DNA from: Candidatus Latescibacterota bacterium
Lineage (GTDB): Bacteria > Latescibacterota > UBA2968 > UBA8231
NCBI GenBank assembly: GCA_965261395.1
Contig: OZ253462.1
Coordinates: 4,544,001 to 4,608,000 of the forward strand
Length of the DNA stretch: 64,000 nt
Reading direction: 5' to 3'
This document shows positions 58,492 through 64,000 of this stretch, piece by piece; position 1 is the first letter of the stretch; each line of letters opens with the position of its first letter. The position numbers and the translations under genes were made by a program. The notes under the pieces are model-generated. The model was not told where the DNA came from and ran no database searches. It worked only from the letters and a program-made list of their open reading frames with translations.

Positions 58492-59415
58492 TCAGTGCCC
58501 ACCATTTGGTTTTGTCGGGTCGTACACGGGCTTCCCCATTGGGCGAGTTCGCAGCGTCCCATTCGCAAGGGCCTGCACTCGTTGCCACGCGATGTCCACG
58601 TACGCTTGCTCAATGTCGCAGCCGTATCCGACGCGACTGTGGAGCAGCGCAGCAAGAACCGAAGACCCAACACCCATGTACGGATCAAACACGCAATCAC
58701 CCTCATCAGTTAGCGCGAGTACGAGCCGTTCGACCAATTCTACGGGGAATTGACAGGGGTGAATTGTCTTCTCGACGTGGTTGCTCTTAACGTTTGGAAA
58801 GACCCACACATCGCCGGGGTTTTTTCCCTTTGGATTGCCAGACAGTTTGCCGGCATTCGGCCCTTTGAAATGTCGCTTCTTGGGGTACTTCGACGGGACG
58901 CGAATCGCATCCAAATTGAACGTGTAGGTATCGCTTTTAGTCCACCAGTTGATCGTTTCGTAGCGACCCGAAAGCCTCTTGCTGCAGTGCAGGCCATGCT
59001 CAAAGTGCCAGACGATGCGGTTTCGGAGCTTAAATCCATGAGATTTGAATACCGGATACAAGACCACATCGAGCGGCACGATCTCGCCTTGGGCTACGTA
59101 GTTGCCCGTCTGCCAGCAGATCGATCCCGCTGGATCCAGCAAGCGGGCACACGCCTTGACTACTGTTTCTTGCTGGCGGACATACGCCTCCAAGGGTGCC
59201 TTCTTCTCGTAGTCCTTGCCGATATTGTAGGGAGGCGACGTGACGATCAGCTTCATGGATTCGCTTGCCAAACCCTCCATGAAGCGCAGGTTGTCTTGGC
59301 AAGCGATGTGCGGAGCCGTTCCCTTGAGCCGCGCTTTCGCCTGTTGCTCTGGCGTCTCGCTACTTGGCGGGAACAAGCCGAGCGTCATTGTGGCGGCCGA
59401 TTCACCGGTACGCAT
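58492..59415 (-). CDS. Site-specific DNA methyltransferase (beta class, SPPY; probably m4C)
   Basis: TSPPY precedes HPCQFP and DPYMGVGS; adjacent to the REase. Confidence 0.92.
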   Translation of the reverse strand: MRTGESAATMTLGLFPPSSETPEQQAKARLKGTAPHIACQDNLRFMEGLASESMKLIVTSPPYNIGKDYEKKAPLEAYVRQQETVVKACARLLDPAGSICWQTGNYVAQGEIVPLDVVLYPVFKSHGFKLRNRIVWHFEHGLHCSKRLSGRYETINWWTKSDTYTFNLDAIRVPSKYPKKRHFKGPNAGKLSGNPKGKNPGDVWVFPNVKSNHVEKTIHPCQFPVELVERLVLALTDEGDCVFDPYMGVGSSVLAALLHSRVGYGCDIEQAYVDIAWQRVQALANGTLRTRPMGKPVYDPTKPNGGH

Positions 59416-59426
59416 CGCACCCTCCC

Positions 59427-61109
59427 CTACTCCCCAAACAACGCCGCCACGTCCCGCTCCACCTTTTCCCGCCGCTCCTCGGCTGGCAGGTCGTCCATGC
59501 TGCCCATCGCGCTGTAGAACTGGGCGTCGTAGTCACGGGTCTTGATCACCACCGGCATGGGTACGGCGTGGCCGAGGATCAGGGCCTGCTGTTTGGAGTC
59601 GAGGCTGGCCAGCACGCTGCGCAGCCCTTCGGTGCCGCTGACGCCGGTGAGCACGGCTTGAATGTCCTTCTCGTCGTTGAGCAGGGCCGTGATGCGGGTG
59701 CCGATCTGCGAGAGCACCTCGTCGTCAATGCTCGACGGCCGCTGATCGACCACCAACAGCGAGACATAGTACTTGCGCATCTCGCGGGCAATGGTGCCGA
59801 AGATGGTCTGCTTCGCCGCCATGGGGTTGAGGAATTTGTGCGCCTCCTCAATGGTGATCATGAGTTGACGTGGCTGGTCTTCGGCGCGCTGGGTGGCGTA
59901 GAAACGCTCGCTCTTTTTGACGTACATCTCGTGGATGCGCCGCGCGATGATGTTGGCGACCAGCAAATAGCACAGCATACTCGTCTGCTGCCCGAACTCC
60001 AGCACCACGTTGATCCCCTTGTCGAGGTATTCCATGATGCGGTCCACCACGTCGCCGCCCTTGAGCTTGGAGACCATAAAGGGAAAGTTCTCAAGCCGTT
60101 TGAGCTTGCGATGCAGAGCCACTAAAGACCCGGCGTGGGCACCGATCTCGCGGGCAAATTCTTCTACATCCGGGCCTTCCAACTTCAGGAGCGTACTCAG
60201 CCAGCGCTCCTTGTAAATCGCGTACACCAAGTAGGCCGACTCCACGGCCGTGGGGTTGAGCTTGAGCTCGTCTTGCAGCGGGGCAATGTCTTCGACTGTG
60301 ATCTGGTCGTAGGAGATATAGACCTCGTGGTCCGGCTGCACGCCGCGGGCGCGGGTCGATTGCGGGTCCAAGGAAAAAATCGCCACCCGCTCGCCGAAAA
60401 GCTGCTTGAGGCCCTTGACGAAGGTCGTGGTGGAGCCGTTTTCCTTCATGGCCTTAAACCCGTACTCGTTGTGCATGTCGAAGATCAGGTTGACGGCCTT
60501 GTCGTAGTGAATCAGCCCGCACAGCACCAGCCGCGTCAGGAAGGACTTGCCCGTGCCGGTCTTGCCGAAGATGCCGTTGGAGCGCTCGGCAAAGCGGATC
60601 ATGTCGAGGCAGACCTGCGTGTCCATGTCGAGTGGGTGGCCGATGCTGAAGTAGCGGCCCTCGGCGTCGCCCTCGCTGCCGAATATCTTGGCCACGTCTT
60701 CGGCCATGGCCTCTTGGACCTCGGAGAAGTGGCTCGGAATGGCCTTGACCGGACGCGGGCCTTCTTCGGCTGTCGCGTCCTTGGACATCATCAGCATGGG
60801 CCGCAGCGAGACGATGTTGTACGTGCTGGTGCCGGCGAGCACTTGGCGCAGCAGCGCATCTTCTTGGCCCGGAGGATGCAGGAGAACCTCTTGGTTGTTG
60901 GCGTCGAGGCGCATGTCGGTGACCATGGAGAAAAAGTCGTTTTTGTCGCCCTCGATGACCACGAACTTGCCGGCCTTCATATCCTCGACGTTCTGCTCGG
61001 GGTCCAGCTTCATCTCCACCCCCTCGACCAGCGAGCCTTTGGTAATCACTCCGATCTGCTGGCCGCGACCGGCCGCGGCTGGCACTCCGTTGCGCGCGTA
61101 TTTTGCCAT
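59427..61109 (-). CDS. herA: HerA-like ATPase (HAS barrel plus DUF87)
   Basis: Motifs GKTGTGKS, FDMHNEY, IEEAHKF, IAREMRKY and DQRPS. Confidence 0.9.
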   Translation of the reverse strand: MAKYARNGVPAAAGRGQQIGVITKGSLVEGVEMKLDPEQNVEDMKAGKFVVIEGDKNDFFSMVTDMRLDANNQEVLLHPPGQEDALLRQVLAGTSTYNIVSLRPMLMMSKDATAEEGPRPVKAIPSHFSEVQEAMAEDVAKIFGSEGDAEGRYFSIGHPLDMDTQVCLDMIRFAERSNGIFGKTGTGKSFLTRLVLCGLIHYDKAVNLIFDMHNEYGFKAMKENGSTTTFVKGLKQLFGERVAIFSLDPQSTRARGVQPDHEVYISYDQITVEDIAPLQDELKLNPTAVESAYLVYAIYKERWLSTLLKLEGPDVEEFAREIGAHAGSLVALHRKLKRLENFPFMVSKLKGGDVVDRIMEYLDKGINVVLEFGQQTSMLCYLLVANIIARRIHEMYVKKSERFYATQRAEDQPRQLMITIEEAHKFLNPMAAKQTIFGTIAREMRKYYVSLLVVDQRPSSIDDEVLSQIGTRITALLNDEKDIQAVLTGVSGTEGLRSVLASLDSKQQALILGHAVPMPVVIKTRDYDAQFYSAMGSMDDLPAEERREKVERDVAALFGE

Positions 61110-61111
61110 CG

Positions 61112-61768
61112 TCAGTTGACCACCCGTCGGATAACTGAGCTGAGCCGGTCGTAGTCGTCGCTGAGGAGCCGCGACAGCTCCTTGCCTATCTGCACCAAGT
61201 AGGACGGCGCGTGTCCATGGGCGCGCACCGCGTGGCGCAACACCGCGATTACCAGCTCATCAGTGGGTACTTTGGAGGTATTGAGGATGCTGCGTAGATA
61301 GTCGTCGGTGCGGGTGAAGGCTCGCACTTGCTCGTCTGAGCACAAGTACATAAAACTATGGATGCGGGCCGGCTGCGGCGGCAAGATTTGCACGGACTCG
61401 TCGCCGTCCAAATAGCCGATGACGAGGGCTTGGAACTCAGTGCGCAACAGCTCGAAAATTTGCGGCTGCTCTAGGCGCAGTTCCGCTTCGGTCTTGCCGT
61501 AGGCCGTGGGCCGGCGGTTCGCCTCGATGGAGTGCGTGAAGACGTTGAATACAATGCCGACCACCGGCATCGCGGCCTCCACGCGGACGAACTGACCAAA
61601 GGAAGGCGCGCCGTGCAGCTCGCGCGCTTGGGCAATCAACTCGGTGGTGCTGCTTTCGACGACTTCGCCCACGTGGGTTCGCTCGTCCTCAGCGTCTCCA
61701 GGCAGTGGCAGGGACTCGGGCAGGAAGCGGCTCAGCGGGCTGCGCTCGCGCTCTTTGATAGTCTCCAC
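61112..61768 (-). CDS. Stand-alone HAS-barrel domain protein
   Basis: GEVVESST, P.FGQFV, RRPTAYG and PPQPARIHS; lies between nurA and herA. Confidence 0.78.
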   Translation of the reverse strand: METIKERERSPLSRFLPESLPLPGDAEDERTHVGEVVESSTTELIAQARELHGAPSFGQFVRVEAAMPVVGIVFNVFTHSIEANRRPTAYGKTEAELRLEQPQIFELLRTEFQALVIGYLDGDESVQILPPQPARIHSFMYLCSDEQVRAFTRTDDYLRSILNTSKVPTDELVIAVLRHAVRAHGHAPSYLVQIGKELSRLLSDDYDRLSSVIRRVVN

Positions 61769-61780
61769 AGTGGGCCTCCC

Positions 61781-63016
61781 CTAAACGCCGGTGTAGCGCT
61801 TCTTGAAACTCTTGGTTGACAAGCGGGTTTGCAGGTCGTTTTTGACAAAGGTATCGCGCAAAAAGCGATAGAATGACTCGCGGTCCGCGCTGCGCACCAC
61901 AGCGCGTTCGTGCGCCTCGGCCAAGGCGACCGGATAGCCCTGGCCCTTTTCGGCTTGGTCGCACAGACAGGCATGGACCAAATCGAGCAACTCGCGGTCC
62001 GCCGCCACCCATTCCGGGACTTCGACCCGGCCGATCTCGGCCCCTACGTGCAGGTAGAAATAGTAAATGTGATGCGGTCCGTACTCGGAGAGGATCTTGG
62101 ACGCGCTGCGGTAGAGCGGTGTGCGCTGCCCATGGCGGAGCACCCGCCGCATCAAGACCGCGTCGCTCAGCCCCTCAATGGGGCTACAAGGCAAGCCACG
62201 GCCCTGCCACAAGTCCCCTTGCAAAGCGTCGATTTCTTCGCGGCTGAAGCGGAGCTGGTTTTCTTCTTGATAAGGGCAGCGGTCGCAGTCGGCCGCGGCA
62301 AGCGGGCACAGGCCCAATTTGAGGGCGTTGATCAATTCTTGGCTCCCCGGCTGGCTGATGTAACCAGCCACCGGCACCCGCGCCTCGCGCAACCCGTCCA
62401 TCGCCGCCAAGGTGGCCTCTAGGTGCGCGGCGCGGAAGTCTTGCGGCTTGCCCTCCAAGTTCCACAGAATCAGCGTGCCGTCGGAAAGCGCCAGCGTCCG
62501 ATGCCCCTCAGCGTGGGCTGCCAAGGCCAAATCGGCCAATTCGGTGAACTCCATCAGGCCGCGCTTGAAACCGACGAGCTCGCGATTGACAAAAATCCGC
62601 GCCCCACCCCACTCCTCGTAGATTTCCTCCTCGCGGTAGTAGAGCCGCGGCTTGCTGCTCATCAGCGGCTTCTCACCGGTGCCGTAGTGCAGCAGGATGT
62701 AGCCGATATTGATCAGAAAACAGGCCGAAATCTCGTGGCGGTCGGGGAAAATTTGCGAGCCATCCGTAGCGGCGATGCTGATGGTGCTCGGGCGGTCAGG
62801 CGGGTCAATCCCGCCGCCGAAGCCCTCGCTCAAGCCGGGCAACAGCCAAGAGGTGCGGCTCTCGTCGATCTTGCGGGCCAAGCGCTCCCACTCGGGCAGC
62901 CAGCGCCGGTATTGGGCCAAGGCCAATTCGAGCTTGGCGCGAAAGTCCTCTTGAACGCGGCGCTCGTCGGCCACCATGCTGTCTATTTGGGTCTTGACCG
63001 AATAGAGATCTAACAT
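61781..63016 (-). CDS. nurA: NurA family 5'-3' nuclease
   Basis: Motifs ATDGSQI, DGTL, R.EVPEW and GYP.ALAEAHE.AVV; Cys-rich insert CP....CDRC...C. Confidence 0.88.
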   Translation of the reverse strand: MLDLYSVKTQIDSMVADERRVQEDFRAKLELALAQYRRWLPEWERLARKIDESRTSWLLPGLSEGFGGGIDPPDRPSTISIAATDGSQIFPDRHEISACFLINIGYILLHYGTGEKPLMSSKPRLYYREEEIYEEWGGARIFVNRELVGFKRGLMEFTELADLALAAHAEGHRTLALSDGTLILWNLEGKPQDFRAAHLEATLAAMDGLREARVPVAGYISQPGSQELINALKLGLCPLAAADCDRCPYQEENQLRFSREEIDALQGDLWQGRGLPCSPIEGLSDAVLMRRVLRHGQRTPLYRSASKILSEYGPHHIYYFYLHVGAEIGRVEVPEWVAADRELLDLVHACLCDQAEKGQGYPVALAEAHERAVVRSADRESFYRFLRDTFVKNDLQTRLSTKSFKKRYTGV

Positions 63017-63067
63017 GGCATTAGCTTTGCGGGCAGCCCTGGACCGGCCCCGTCGGGATGCGCGCAT

Positions 63068-63742
63068 TTATTCGGCCTCTTCCCACGTTTCGCCCCCATC
63101 AATCGAAAAGCGCGTGTGCTTGCGCCAAGCCGCCCAGTCATCGGCGGCGCGGACCAAGTCGGCGGTAGCAGTCGCAGCGATGTACTGGCCCACCTCGCCG
63201 CTGCCGTCGGGCCGGTTGGTTTCAATGCGGATTTCGTCGAACTCGACGCGGCCCTGCAACAGCTCGGCCGCGCCGCGCTGCACGGCAAAGGCGCGCCGCT
63301 CCCAAGCCTCGCGCTCGATGTCGCGGACGCGGAACCGCAGCCATAGCCGACCGAAATCCTCGTCCAGCCCCACCCCGTAGAACACTCCATAGCGGTCGTT
63401 GACCAGCTCTTTGATCCGGGGGCGTTCGTCTTGGAGCGGTGGGATCGGCTCTTCCTTCGTTCCGTCGCGGTCTTCCTCCTCGGAGACATAGCCTTCCAAT
63501 GAAGGCCCCCAAACCCAGCCTTCCACGCGGAAACGCACCCAACGGCCCTCCTCGCCGATGGATTCGATCTCCGTGCCAGCCAGCAACGTGCCCAGCTTGG
63601 TGCCGTTGGGCGCGTCGCGAAAGTTTTCCACGCTAGCCTCAACGACGAAGGTGGGGGCACTGCGCAGCTTGGCCGCCACGGCTCCTAAAGCCAAGGCGGC
63701 GGCCAAGGCCGCGCCTAAGGAGCATTTAGACAATCGAGACAT
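63068..63742 (-). CDS. Exported SH3-like domain protein
   Basis: Signal or anchor sequence followed by ENFRDAPNG..LG.L..G...W.R..VEGWVW. Confidence 0.6.
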   Translation of the reverse strand: MSRLSKCSLGAALAAALALGAVAAKLRSAPTFVVEASVENFRDAPNGTKLGTLLAGTEIESIGEEGRWVRFRVEGWVWGPSLEGYVSEEEDRDGTKEEPIPPLQDERPRIKELVNDRYGVFYGVGLDEDFGRLWLRFRVRDIEREAWERRAFAVQRGAAELLQGRVEFDEIRIETNRPDGSGEVGQYIAATATADLVRAADDWAAWRKHTRFSIDGGETWEEAE

Positions 63743-63998
63743 AGTAGAATTGCCGTCCGCCGCCGGCGACCGACCCATCGCGCAAGCGGCACACCAATCC
63801 GAGGCGTTGCAGGGCGTTGAGGCGATTGCAGACGATGTTGATGTTTTTGCCGAGCGCGTCGGAGATCTCGGCCGAGGTCGCGCACTTGTGGGCTAGCAGC
63901 ACGTCGAGCACTTCGCGCATCGGCGTCTTGATTACCCCGAGCACCTCGACGTGATCGCCGTCTTTGTACAGCGCAGCCAACTCGCGGAGCTGCAACAC
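63726..63998 (-). CDS. Winged-helix DNA-binding protein, partial (5' end outside window)
   Basis: TSAEISDALG.NINIVCNRLNALQRLGLV...GGRQFYY. Confidence 0.65.
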   Translation of the reverse strand: MLQLRELAALYKDGDHVEVLGVIKTPMREVLDVLLAHKCATSAEISDALGKNINIVCNRLNALQRLGLVCRLRDGSVAGGGRQFYYVSIV

Positions 63999-64000
63999 GG

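Overview
This is a GC-rich bacterial chromosomal segment. A secreted protein ending in 'PTAVESKSWGQVK', a sulfatase, two PhyH dioxygenases, an ECF-TPR sigma factor and many TA modules suggest a Latescibacterota/Poribacteria-like organism (inference only). Backbone genes include hom-apgM-asd, a selenocysteine NAD-linked formate dehydrogenase (in-frame UGA plus SECIS) with distant fdhD, sugar-acid catabolism, class I fumarase, XPB-like helicase plus DUF790 (Bax1-like), yitJ, cca, PBP1A, lpdA, rnhA and a nurA-HAS barrel-herA operon followed directly by a BstYI/BglII-family type II R-M pair. Accessory inserts are: (i) a ~1,726-codon exonuclease-RecQ-UvrD fusion broken by one in-frame TGA, next to an AAA+/DUF4143 ATPase; (ii) hicBA, a vapB remnant, a putative Abi gene and an IS5/IS903-group element; (iii) a 1,231-bp transposase-less cargo element with 31-bp TIRs and a perfect 8-bp TSD, inserted in a vapC gene; (iv) an extremely AT-rich palindrome cluster containing a MITE; (v) a cobalt-type nitrile hydratase cassette. 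Three cargo blocks are each bracketed by a diverged duplicate of the end of the neighbouring gene, and five antitoxin genes or remnants lack an intact toxin partner. No rRNA, tRNA or CRISPR array was seen. All product calls come from reading motifs, not from database searches.
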